Source of the DNA: Octopus bimaculoides
Lineage: Eukaryota
Reading direction: 5' to 3'
NCBI RefSeq assembly: GCF_001194135.2
Contig: NC_068982.1
Location: forward strand, 35,664,001 to 35,708,849
DNA length: 44,849 nucleotides
Positions 11,638 to 23,552 of the stretch are shown piece by piece. The position numbers and the translations under genes were made by a program. Every line of letters begins with the position of its first letter. The stretch's first letter is position 1. The notes under the pieces were generated by a model, which was not told the DNA's origin, ran no database searches, and saw only the letters and a program-made list of their open reading frames with translations.

Positions 11638-12520
11638 TCAAGAAGTGTGGAATAATCTACCTGAAAAGGGGCAAGATACAATCCCTAGCAGGGATAGAAT
11701 TGCTGGATAGAGACTTGATTAAGCAAATTGAAATGGAAGGATACAAATACCTTGGTGTTCTAGAGGCCTATGAGATAATGGAAACAGAAATGAAAGAGCA
11801 ACTGAGGATGGAGTATTTCCAAAGACTGAGGTTGGTGCTGTGCTCAAAATTGACTGGATGGAATAAAATCCAAGCAGTTAATACATGGGCGATATCACCA
11901 CTTCAGTATGGTGCAGGGATTATAAAATGGCAAAAGAGAGAAATGAAGAAAATAGATACCAAGACCAGAAAAATGTTGACAGTACACGGAGCCTTCCACC
12001 CTAAGAGTGACAGTGATAGGTTGTACTTGTCCAGAAGAAAGGACAGTTGCCAGGACTGTATCAAAGCAGAGGAAAACAGCCTAGAAGTGGTATATAAAAA
12101 AAGAGTTGGCATCATCAAAACTGAAAATTGTGTAACTAAAGAAAAGAAAAAGCATGGAAGGAAAAGAAAATGTTTGGTCAGTTTGCAAGAGATGTGAACA
12201 CCAAGACAGATACAGAGGACCAATGGCTATGGATGAGGAGGAGTGACCTGAAGATAGAAATAGAAGCACTCATATGCGCAGCAAAATCCTCTGGGATTTC
12301 CCAATCCAAACAGATCAGGTACTAGAGCATAACAGACCGGACTTTGAGGCAGTGGACAGGGTGCACCACATATGCTATATAGTTGATGTTGCATGCCCTT
12401 TTGACCAATGACTAGTCAAGAAGGAAGACAAAAAGATAGATAGGTATAACCCTCTTAAGTACAAAACAGCCCGGCTATGGAAAATGAAGAAGGTGAAGAT
12501 AGTGCCAATTATTGTTGGAT
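11638..12520 (+). mobile_element. R4/Dong-clade non-LTR retrotransposon fragment (RT thumb + RLE endonuclease), truncated and broken
   Basis: FKKCG...GYKYLGVLE...KIQAVNTWAI...KIDTKTRKMLT...HPKSDSDRLYLSRRK, then WLWMRRSDLKIEIEALICAA and KILWDFPIQTD...HNRPD...IVDVACPFD...KIDRY...KIVPIIVG (RLE PD..D motif). The CCHC knuckle is deleted. Confidence 0.85.
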
Positions 12521-12714
12521 GCCAATTATTGTTGCATGACACCTTGCTTGTTTGCATATTTAGATTCAAAAACTTGTTGTCCCTTGATGTTTCTGGTTGA
12601 TATTTGTGTGCAGTTTGTAAAAATTAAAGCAAAGACAAACATTTTATTAATTTTAGATACGCTGGTTCTCACTGCAACCATGCTCTAAGACACACCAGTT
12701 TCATTGATCGATTG

Positions 12715-12898
12715 AAAGAGTGAGAGAAAGTTGTAGTGAAAGAGTGCAGCAGGGTTCGCCACCATCCCCTGCTGGAGCCTCGTGGAGCTTTAGGTGTTTT
12801 CACTCAATAAACACTCACAACGCCCAGTCTGGGAATCGAAACTGTGATCTTATGATCGCGAGTCCGCTGCCCTAACCACTGGGCCATTGCGCCTCCAC
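12715..12898 (-). mobile_element. tRNA-headed SINE (family B), CpG-rich young copy lacking most of the tail
   Basis: GGAGGCGCAATGGCCCAGTGGTTAGGGCAGCGGACTCGCG...TTCGATTCCC head; homologous to 32965-33317. Confidence 0.85.
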
Positions 12899-13014
12899 TA
12901 ATGATAATTATAATTAAGTAGTATTTACATAGATTCTGAGGAATTTTTCATATGCAAATCTAAAATTAAAGTTGGTTACTTTTAAGTCCTTTCCACTTGG
13001 TCCAATCACTCAAA

Positions 13015-13275
13015 ATATTCATCATCATCATCATCATCCTTATCATTGCTTTTTGACATCCACTTTTCCATGCTTGCATTGGTCAGATGGAATTTGTGGA
13101 AATAGATTTTCTATGGCTAGATACTCTTCCTGTCATCAGCCCTCACCTGTTTCTAAGCAAGGTCATATTTCCCCATTACTAGGCATGTTTTCATGGAAGA
13201 TTTGAAATGAAGGACACTGCTAGCATGTTGAAGACACTTGCTTAAAACTGCCACATAATGTCCAGGCAAGGAGAC
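13015..13275 (-). mobile_element. RTE-type 3' tail element (family R2)
   Basis: Homologous to 27360-27600 and 38030-38260 (CTGTTTC(C/T)AAG(C/T)AAGG); (GAT)n tail. Confidence 0.7.
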
Positions 13276-13451
13276 AGTAACACAAACACACACACACATA
13301 TATATATACATATATTGGAAAATTAAAATACAGGGGTATAAAATATTAGTTCCTATGTATGTTTCATGTTTGCAGTTATCTGGAACTCAGCATTAAATGT
13401 TCCAAGTGCATTTGGATACTTAACCACAATGGATCATCTGGGGAACACACA

Positions 13452-13488
<37 letters not shown>

Positions 13489-13519
13489 GGTGCGTGCACA
13501 CACACACACAAAATACATT

Positions 13520-13680
13520 TCTTTTAGTTTCCANNNNNNNNNNCTGCCAAATCCATTCATAAGGCTTTGGTCTGCCTGAGGCTATAGTAAAAGACACTTG
13601 CCCAAAGTGCCACACTGGGACTGAACCCAAAACCACATGGTTGGAAAGCAAATTTTTTACCATGCAGCCACACCTGCCCC
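13520..13680 (-). mobile_element. tRNA-headed SINE with internal microsatellite (family E), head
   Basis: GGTGTGGCTGCATGG...GGGTTCAGTCCCA...TTGGGCAAGTGTCTT; runs into (CA)/(TA) repeats. Confidence 0.75.
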
Positions 13681-15174
13681 TATTCCCTATTTTAAACACA
13701 AATAGGATAATGTTAGTTAATGATAATAGCAATGTTTCTGCTTATAAAATAAGAATGAATTTCTAAAACTTCAGTATATTCTTAATAAATAGTAATTTCA
13801 AGCGAGAGAGAGTGGAGGGCTGTGTTCATACATGCTAACATGTTAACATCTAACACATTATGAAGCCAATTTCAGTGACATGACAAAATTAATACATGAC
13901 TTGAGGAATGTCAGGAAATTTCCATCTGCTCATTGAAGAAGCATCAAAGGATCCAACCCAACATGGTAGTTAGGAACCGGCTTTGAATTTGCTACTAATT
14001 TTCCATCATTTCAACTTTTGATTTACTACAGAAATAATTAGATGTAAAAATAGATAATTACTATGGACTTTAAAATCATCCCCCCACTTAAATGGGTGGG
14101 AAAAAAATTATATAGCTTTATATTTGGTTATCAAGGTTCAAATGAGACGTGTTCAGTCAATGATTGTCACTTGGCTACATAGAGTGAAAGAAACACTTGC
14201 TTCTGTCTGTCTGTGTAGCCAGCTTTGCCTGCATATCAGATCAATATGTTCCAACACCATATCATCTCCCTCTATCACATCATCAAAGAGATTTAAATGT
14301 AGGACATGTTGCACTTTATGAAACATAGTCTTCCCTTTTCTATTAAATATAATTGCATATTTCAGACAATAGATTTCATCATTATCATCAATTTATCATT
14401 CATTATTGAACAGAGGCTGTGTGTAGGAGAGGGAGAGAGAGAGAAAGAGTGCATTTGTTTGTGTGTGTGAAATTTTATCTGTGTATGTTTTGTAAAGGCT
14501 CCAAGGAAAACATTAACCAGAAAATATCTGATCCAAATAGAATATATATACATGCATATATATTTGTGTGTGTGTGTGTGTGTACTTGAGAATGCATATA
14601 TGTTGTGTATATAAATAGGCAAATAACTGTCTGTATATTGACATGTAGGTTTACATAAGTCGCTGCAGCCTTAATTTCACAGTGAGACCACATGCATGCA
14701 TGTGTGTGTGTGTAATTACTCATAGCCCTTATGATATTGGTATTCTTGTAAATACACACACAGATGCACAAATATATACATGTTGAAAGATTTGTAGTTC
14801 TAGTGGTGGTTTAAAATGATAATGCTATATATCAGTACATATCTGCATTTCTGCATGTACACATCTTTGCGTGTAAGGTCTGCCAAAGGACAACTAAGAG
14901 CCACTGTTGAAAGCTCATTTCTTTTAATAGTTAGTGGTGGTCTTCGTTGGGCAAGAGTGTACAGTCATCACACATACACACATATGCAGGTATACACACA
15001 CACACACACACACACCATAAAAGCAATCAATACTACTTTGTATTGAAAGTGTGCAGTGTTTTATATTATGTTAATTTATGAGGGATAAACAGGAATAATA
15101 CATTATCCAGAACCATGGCTTTGTTCAGCAAGTCTCTTGGTCAATCCTGTGCATCAGCAGGTTGGAAAGCAACC

Positions 15175-15485
15175 ATAGTTGTGGCCAATGTCAGTGACAC
15201 ATAACACCACCCAAGCCAGTGATGTGTAACAGAACCCATGCCAGTGACATGCAAATGCACCTGTGCTGGTGACATGTTAAAACACCCATGCCAGTAACCT
15301 GTAAAGACACCTACCCATTACACTCTCAGAGTGGTTGGCATTAGGAAGGTCACCTTGCCATAGAAAGCAAGCCGAGATTAGACTGGAACATGGTGCAGTT
15401 CTCTGACTTACGAGTTCCAGTCAAACCATCCAACCCATGCCAGCATGGAAAGTGGGCACTAAATCATGATGATGATAATGATGAT
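15175..15485 (+). mobile_element. RTE-type 3' tail element (R1) with short tandem subrepeats
   Basis: GAGTGGTTGGCATTAGGAAG...CAACCCATGCCAGCATGGAA...(GAT)n; repeated (A/G)TGCCAGT(G/A)AC units upstream. Confidence 0.8.
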
Positions 15486-15979
15486 ATACACACACACACA
15501 TACACATACATATGTGTTCATTTATTCTTACAGAACCTTACATATACCACAATGACTTTAGCCTAGTGTATCTCTGTTTAGTCTACCATACTTTTGAGAT
15601 TTACTCTGTCATACTATCAAAGCCAATATGATGAAATCTGAAGTCACTCTTGCTCTGTATACAATATACATATACATACACATTTACATGCATACATATA
15701 TAAATATATACATGACTGTGCACACCTGTGTTTGTATATGAGTATGTGCAGGGAAATATGTTTGCATGTACATAATACATTATGTATGTATAAAAATGTA
15801 GTTGTATGCATATGTATATGAATATGTATATGTATATGTATATGAATATATTCTGGAATGTATCTGCACATGTCTATATGCAAGTATATGTGTGTGTACA
15901 CATGTACAAACATTTTAACAAACTGACAACAGTAAAATTTCATCACTTTCAGTTTTATATCCCCAAATAGTGAATATGT

Positions 15980-16022
<43 letters not shown>

Positions 16023-16645
16023 NNNNNNNNNNNNNNNNNNNNNNNNNNNNNNNNNNNNNNNNNNNNNNNNNNNNNNNNNNNNNNNNNNNNNNNNNNNNNN
16101 NNNNNNNNNNNNNNNNNNNNNNNNNNNNNNNNNNNNNNNNNNNNNNNNNNNNNNNNNNNNNNNNNNNNNNNNNNNNNNNNNNNNNNNNNNNNNNNNNNNN
16201 NNNNNNNNNNNNNNNNNNNNNNNNNNNNNNNNNNNNNNNNNNNNNNNNNNNNNNNNNNNNNNNNNNNNNNNNNNNNNNNNNNNNNNNNNNNNNNNNNNNN
16301 NNNNNNNNNNNNNNNNNNNNNNNNNNNNNNNNNNNNNNNNNNNNNNNNNNNNNNNNNNNNNNNNNNNNNNNNNNNNNNNNNNNNNNNNNNNNNNNNNNNN
16401 NNNNNNNNNNNNNNNNNNNNNNNNNNNNNNNNNNNNNNNNNNNNNNNNNNNNNNNNNNNNNNNNNNNNNNNNNNNNNNNNNNNNNNNNNNNNNNNNNNNN
16501 NNNNNNNNNNNNNNNNNNNNNNNNNNNNNNNNNNNNNNNNNNNNNNNNNNNNNNNNNNNNNNNNNNNNNNNNNNNNNNNNNNNNNNNNNNNNNNNNNNNN
16601 NNNNNNNNNNNNNNNNNNNNNNNNNGTATATATATATATATATAT

Positions 16646-16845
16646 GTGAGAGAATTTACGAAAAAAACAACAGACAAAGACAGGTGGTGTAAACAACAAA
16701 TGGATGTATTAGTTTAATGCTCGGGAATAGAGAAAGTCTTTGACGTTTCGAGCTACGGTCTTCAACTGAAAGGAACACAGAAAGAAATAAGGAGAGAAAC
16801 AAGAAGAAAAAAATATAAATGTAGTGGTCTGCGATCTATCATGGC

Positions 16846-16847
<2 letters not shown>
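16646..16847 (-). mobile_element. Penelope-like (pLTR-type) non-autonomous fragment between (TA)n tracts
   Basis: Contains GACGTTTCGAGC; second, truncated copy at 23455-23552; family assignment rests on the hammerhead-like motif. Confidence 0.5.
16736..16773 (-). ncRNA. Minimal hammerhead-like core (C3U)
   Basis: Minus: cctttcag-TTGAAGA-ccgtagctc-GAAAC-GTC-aaagac; palindromic stem III ACGU. Confidence 0.5.
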
Positions 16848-16917
<70 letters not shown>

Positions 16918-17757
16918 TCATGTATGTGTATGTGTGTATGCATACATGTACTTATGTGTATAGAGGCTGCTTTGTTGCTGTTTATGTATGAATATACATG
17001 TGTAAATGCAGTAATAACTATTTGTTATATCTAGAATATGTGTTATTCTTTGCCTCTCTGTGTGTGTGCACATGTGTGTGAATAACTCCAACATTCAGGT
17101 TGTGCTTTTATTTGTTTAGTAGCCATACAGAGATTACAAAGATTATTACAATACATAGAAAATTTCTTACTAGCAGGTAAACAAGTTTGTTGTTCTTTTT
17201 AACTATGAGTTTCTTATATATTTAAAAGTAATAAAAAATATTCAGATTCTTATCATAAAAGCTTTTATTTTATTTATGTCAGTAACAGAGGACAGGAGCC
17301 TGATAGAGTTATAGTAGATTTTCTTTCTGTTATTATTTTTATTTAAATAACTGTAGATGCTGTCATATTTACACGTATCTATCATAGCAATATGTTTTAT
17401 TGATAAGTTATATGACCTGAAAATTCAACCAACTGTAAACTGTATTAGTTATTACTTATGTCCCTTTATATTCTCCATCAAAAAAATTTTGTCCTGGCTC
17501 AAGCTTTGATTTTCATTTCTTTCGGAATTGATAAAATGGATACCTCCATTATGTGCTTGGAGAGTTAATCAGTAAATTAACCCTTAACACAAGAAGCCAT
17601 CATCATCATTGTTGCACTAAGATATTTAGTGTCAAATACATTTTTGTTAGTATCTGTTGTATTAAGAAATATTTGTTATGTAACACACAAAGTAATTCTG
17701 GGAATGTAATTCATATATCACCTACATATATCACTAGAAGTAACAAATTGTTTTTGT

Positions 17758-18245
17758 TACCTGGGTGACCTAACCAGTGGTTCTGTAAGTGTAGGTGCCT
17801 GGGTAAGATAGGAAAAAGTCAGGGAACTACTCTCTCTGCAACTGACCAGGGCCCTGAATTCAGACTATCTGCAAGGGCTAGAAATTAACAAGGCCACAAG
17901 GTTACTCTGCTTTACCTGAGGTGTATTATCAGTGTGCATGGATGATGCAGTGTGAATGACCTGAGAAAGAAGCAGTGCATAAGAGGAATCAGATGTAGTT
18001 TGCAAGAGAAAAGACTGTGTTGTAATGCATATGGATGATGATAGTTGCATAGAGTGCTCAAAGTATATAGTTCCTGTGGAAGAAGACCTAGAGAGACATG
18101 GGAAGAAGTGGTGAAAATTGATCTCAAGATGCTGAATCTTACAAGGGAGATCACAAGTTACCATAACAACTGGTGGCATGCTGTCCTAAAGAAAACACAT
18201 TCTCTCAAGCAAGCATGCATAAAAGAACACTAATGAGAATAGTAT
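17758..18245 (+). mobile_element. RTE-clade LINE 3' fragment
   Basis: YLGDLTSG...EKVRELL; IRGIRCSLQEKRL; GRRPRETWEEVVKIDLKMLNLT; ends CAAGCAAGCATG, like the R-family tails. Confidence 0.8.
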
Positions 18246-18432
18246 TGATGGTAGAGATGTTCTTGCTGCATTTCAGCCACTGCTCCTCTCCATATCCCCA
18301 AAACTGCAACATTCTGGAATTCTTTACATTTTCCTTACAAGCATCAATCTGTAAAAGAGTTTAAGCCAAACATGAACTAAATTGCCAATTACCAGTCAAG
18401 TATGGTGTTCAAAGTCTATGGACACACCTTAA

Positions 18433-18845
18433 CCCTATTGGGATACCCAGACCGATTGGTTGGCCCAAGTGATACAAGCTGAAAGGACTTTGAGGCTGAT
18501 CCATCAGCCTGATAAAACAATCATTGTGAATGGTTGGTTTTGAAGGATAATAGCCAATCAGAGATCGTCTTTCAGTACATGTTTTCTTGTTTTTTCACAG
18601 AAACATTTATGCTTATTATTTTCTTTATTTACATGTATTGTATTGTTTTAGGTTTTCTTATTGTGATAGATATATTGTACTGTTTATCAGCTTTCATAAT
18701 ATGTATGGTTTTACATAGTAATAAAGTAGTTTTAGGCACATTATCTTTTATTTTCTACATGAACTCATCAATTTCAATCTCAACAAAAAAAACAATTGGG
18801 GTCTTTTTGGCTGCATATACCAAAACATTGTGAGTCTCAAAAGGG
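18433..18845. mobile_element. Possible piggyBac-type non-autonomous element
   Basis: TTAA|CCCTATTGGGA ... TCTCAAAAGGG|TTAA; short imperfect TIR. Confidence 0.45.
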
Positions 18846-18879
18846 TTAAATATTAAAAGTTAAAATTTGAGATTAGCCT

Positions 18880-19130
18880 ACAGGCTCATTTGCCTAAAGC
18901 CTACTCTGGTTGCCAAGGCTCATAGCAACTGAGACTATAAAATTCCTACCTGGATAGAGTACTGTCCTTCATAATTTTAACCTCCCTCTATAGCTGGTAT
19001 TCATTTCAACTGAGTAGACTGGAACCATGTGAAATGAGAGACCTTGCTCAAACACCCAATAAAACTGAGTCAAGACCTAAGACCTTACAATAATGACTGA
19101 ATACCCTAAGAAGAAGGTACATGCCTTCAC
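18880..19130 (-). mobile_element. tRNA-headed SINE (family C variant)
   Basis: GTGAAGGCATG...GGGTATTCAGTCATTATTGTAAGGTC head; TTGAGCAAGGTCTCTCATTTCAC box. Confidence 0.6.
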
Positions 19131-19254
19131 CCTTAAATATTGCGTATGTATGTTCGTGCGTATAGAATCCTCTCCATTTATCACATCTTATATTGATTGT
19201 GCAAGAAAAAAAGAAAAAAAACAATTACCATAGAGAATCTTCACAGTTTCAAAA

Positions 19255-19460
19255 AGCACCTGTGAAGGGGACAGTGACATGTAAAAGGCACCCACTCCAC
19301 TCTTGGAGTGATTGGCATTAGGAAGAGCATCCAGCTGTAGAAGCCAAAACAGAATCAGATTGGAGTCTGATACAGTTCTCTGGTTTACCAGTTCCAGTCA
19401 AACTGTCTAACCTGTGCCAGCATGGAAAACGGATGCTAAATAATGCTGAAGGTGATGATG
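19255..19460 (+). mobile_element. RTE-type 3' tail element (R1)
   Basis: GGAGTGATTGGCATTAGGAAGAGCATCCAGCTGTAGAA...CCAGCATGGAAAAC. Confidence 0.8.
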
Positions 19461-20074
19461 TGACAGGCAGAAGTACTCTTAGGATTTAGCTACAAGACAG
19501 CGTATTGATGTATCTAACATACCATTATGAAGAACATCAGTAAATGTACAGATGTGTATGAAGTAAATCTTATCTGCCAAATGACTCTACTATTCTAAAA
19601 GCAGTGCTTTATCTATTCATATCTGTTAACACCTAAAACAATTAAGGGTGTGGCCTATGTTGATTATTAACATCAGCTTTTATCAGTTGTTATCTCGGTG
19701 GTGACAGTCATCAGAGTTCAATAGTTTAACATTTATGGACATTATAAGTAGATTCACAAATGACTGAATCTGTTGGGTGCCAGCTTATCAGCAGAATGTT
19801 CATTAATTCACACTGAGCCCACCTTGCAGTCTTCCTGTCTAACATTATTTTTATTCTGTGTAGCCCGGTCCATATTACTGTAAATAATGATGTACTATGG
19901 GAACTTTTTTTATTTAATAACCACTGTTGGCATCAGTGCTGGAGAACAATAAGTAAATGTTGCATTGTGTGTTATATATAAGTTTGAAGTACTCAGATCA
20001 AATCCTTTAATCATCTCCTTATGACTATGATCAGCTGTTAATGTTTCCCTATGATTTTGGTAGTTGAAAACTGT

Positions 20075-20305
20075 GTAGAAGCTTATCATATGTGTGTGTA
20101 AGTGTCTTTGTGTCTGTGTTTGCCCCACCACCTCCACCACTTTCACATGATAAACAGTGTTGTTTTTTTATTACATTCTTGTAACTTAGCAGACTTTAAA
20201 AAATAAGTACTGGGGTCAATTTGCCTGACTAAATTCTTCAAGGTAGTGCCTCAGCATGACCACAGTTCAATGACTGAAACAAGCAAAGGATATAAAGAAA
20301 AGAAA
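20075..20305 (+). mobile_element. SINE family E, 3' half
   Basis: AATAAGTACTGGGGTCAATTTG...AATGACTGAAACAAG; homologous to 27770-27960. Confidence 0.75.
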
Positions 20306-21044
20306 AAATAAAACTGGCTGCAAGTATGAACATAGCTCTACAATCATATGGCCCTAAGTTCAATACCACTGCAAGCACACTGGATTAATAGAATCTAGTT
20401 GACACAAGCCTTTTAAATGATATTGGGCAAACAGAAATTAGCAAAAGCCAATGTGTTTCTGTTCTTAAGTGGTAGTAAAATTAACAGTTTAATACCACAT
20501 CTTTACTCATTGACTTGCCTTTAGCAGAGTCCTTTGTGTATGTGTGTATACATATACATATATAATTAATTGATTCTAAATATCAATAAGTACTGAGTCA
20601 ATTCATAGTGCACAGCTCAGCAATTTTGGATAATTTGAAATGTAAGTTAGTATACCATACAATTATCTATAAATACACAATTTTAGCAACACTGGAAAAT
20701 AAATGATTTACACTACATGAGGTATCCAATCTGTTTCCTTTTAACAATGAGACTCAAATTGTATGTTTATTAAAAAAGGTAAAGTATTTAGACAACACCT
20801 AGTTTTTCCCCCCAACAGTATTGAAGGCCATATAAAAAAGGACACTACCCTTCCTCCTCCAACTTATGCAAATAAATTGATTATAAAAATAGTGATGTTG
20901 GTTATTGCAATTTTATAAATTTGCATCCATAGCAAAGCAACCATATTGGTGTCTCGCAATTATGAACACTGTTGGGTAATCTCTGTGAGTTTAGGTATAT
21001 GTGTATGATTCCTGACACTAACACATTGTGTAAGATTTTACTTG

Positions 21045-21625
21045 TTTCAGTCATTGGATGGCAACCATGTTGGGGAAACAACATGAAGGGGGTTTTAGTC
21101 AAACAAATTGACCCCTGTACTTATCTTTATTTCTAAGCCTGGTACTCATACTGTCAGCTGAACTTCCTAAGTTATGAGGAATTAAAAGAAACTTAAACCA
21201 AGTTGTCAAGCAATGGTGGGGAACAGATGTACACACACTCACATATTTTTACTTGTTTCACTCATTAGACTGCAGCCATAGTGGGGCACTGCCTTAAGGA
21301 ATTTTTAGGTGAATGAATCAACCCTAGTAGTTATTTATTAAAGCCTGGTATTTATTTTATTGCTCTTTCTCTCTTACCAAACCACTAAGTTACACAGATA
21401 TAAACATACCAACACCAGTTTTCAAGCAGTGATGGGAGACAAACACACACACACACATGCACATACACATATATATGACAGGTTACTTTCAGTTTCCATC
21501 TACCAAATCCACTCACAAAGCTTTGGTTAGCCTGGGGTTATAAGTAGAAGACACTTGCCTTATGTGCTAACCAATGGAACAGAACCGTATGGTTGGAAAG
21601 CAAACTCCTTACCATACAGCCATGT
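21045..21625 (-). mobile_element. Two adjacent SINE family E copies (3' half at 21045-21240; near-complete copy at 21245-21625)
   Basis: Head at 21490-21625, internal (CA)n at about 21445-21475, tail at 21250-21440. Confidence 0.7.
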
Positions 21626-22358
21626 CTGTATCTATAAAATTTTCAGAACAGAAAGTCATTGGCTATTGTGGTTTTATCAATAGCAAAGCAACAATATTGG
21701 TGTTTTGTGATTATGAACACAGTTAGGTACATTCTGTGGATGTGTTTGTGTCTGTGTGTGTGAGAGAGAGAGACAGATTTCCAACACTAGCACACAGCAT
21801 AATGTATATAACATTATGAAATATCATATTGGAGACAGTCTTGTCAATATAGATAACCTGGTCTGGTGTACTTAAACATGACCTTCATACCACATTCGTT
21901 GATTTTTACTATTTCTGTAAAAGGTCATTAAATCTTACCATTTAATGTTCATGTATTTTGTCTTCTAATCGTCCAAGGATGGTAATCAACTAGGTATTTC
22001 TAAAGTGGATTATATGTAATTCTAGTTTTCCAACTGGTTCTTTTATATCTTAATGTAAAGGTACTAACTGTTGATTATGATTTTTTTTTTCTTTTTACAA
22101 TACTTTTTCTCTGCAATATTGGTTATTTCTTGGCTGTATGCTTTTGGAAGACTTTCTGACATTAACATATTTTATATTACCAACTTTTGGAAGCATTCTT
22201 GCTAGTTTGCTCAGCTGCAGTCACAAGATACATATTCAGTTTAAATAACCTATATTTATGCATACATACATTCATATGCATATATATAGTGAGATTTGTA
22301 TATATGTATACATACATATATATTTATGTATGTATGTATATATATATGTATATAAACA

Positions 22359-22412
<54 letters not shown>

Positions 22413-22641
22413 GTAAAATATACTCTTTTAATAAACATTCTCACTGTTAAAAGTAAACACATTGGTTACCCCATGTAGTGTAGCAACTGCAATTATTTTA
22501 CACAGTGAGGCTAAAATAGTATGTTTATTAAAATGGGTATATTAACTTACACTCCAAATTATCTGAAATCACTAAGTTGTGCACAATGAATTTATTAAAT
22601 ATCATGATCACGATATTGTATATATGTAAATGTGTGTGTTT

Positions 22642-22860
22642 GTGAAGATATGTGACTTAGTGATTTGAGAGTTGAGCTCACAATCTTCAAAGATCACGAT
22701 TTCAATTCTCAGACTGAGAGATGGGTTGTGTTCTTGAGCAAAATACTTCATTTCATGTTGCTCAAGTCCACTCAGCAGTAAACAGATAACCCCGCAATGG
22801 GTTGGTGTCTCATTTAAGTGTATTGTTTTAATCTCCATCTCTTATATTGGCATAGACTTG
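22642..22860 (+). mobile_element. tRNA-headed SINE (family C), decayed
   Basis: GTGAAGATATGTGACTTAGTG head; TGTGTTCTTGAGCAAAATACTTCATTTCATGTTGCTC box. Confidence 0.6.
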
Positions 22861-23019
22861 CCTGCCTAACCAGCAGAGTAACAACAGCATTTGAAAGTTA
22901 TAACAATATGTAGAAGCACATTATGACCAGCCATATATAATATCATCCGATAATATGGTCAGTGGAGTGATACAGTGATTGATATATATATAGTAATAAT
23001 AATAAAAATAAAGATTAAA

Positions 23020-23196
23020 GAGACTTGTACATCCACAAAATTTATTTTATAGTTATATACAGAATATTATAAAGACCTACATGTGTTTCCGCCACATTTG
23101 CAACAGTGAGTAGTCCTGAAACGTGAGAAACATGTTTAGGTCATTATAATATGTTGTATATAACTATAAAATATATTTTGTGGATGTATAAGTCTC
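23020..23196. repeat. Foldback 4: 70-bp inverted repeat with 37-nt loop
   Basis: Arms 23020-23089 and 23127-23196, about 62/70 identical; inner ends read GAAAC-acat-GTA-ggtc (-) and GAAAC-atgt-TTA-ggtc (+). Confidence 0.88.
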
Positions 23197-23454
23197 CATA
23201 TTCTTTATTATTAATAATAATATACACTCCAGACAATTTTTACTGTGCAGCAAAGAGAACACAGAATTTACCCATCAGAAGAATTCACTGAGTAATTAAC
23301 AATGAAATGCAGTCACAGATGTTAGATACTGATCGTTGTGGTTAGCTGTTAACTGGAACTTAACTGAGGGCTAATATGGTATCCGCCTGGATAATATATC
23401 CCTCCAAATTTGCTTTTATATATACACACACACATCTATATATGGTTCAAAATG

Positions 23455-23552
23455 ATGCAAAACCAAAAGACAAAGACAGGTGAGGGAACAACAAGCAGAG
23501 TGTATTAGTTTGATACTCAAGAAAAATGGAAGAAGTCTTTGATGTTTCAAGC
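23455..23552 (-). mobile_element. Truncated second copy of the 16646-16847 element
   Basis: GACAAAGACAGGTG...TGTATTAGTTT...AAGTCTTTGATGTTTCAAGC (CpG-decayed). Confidence 0.65.

Noticed and set aside
14150-14330. Minus-strand 57-aa frame HVLHLNLFDDVIEGDDMVLEHIDLIC
   Set aside because: Weak splice signals and no recognisable family.
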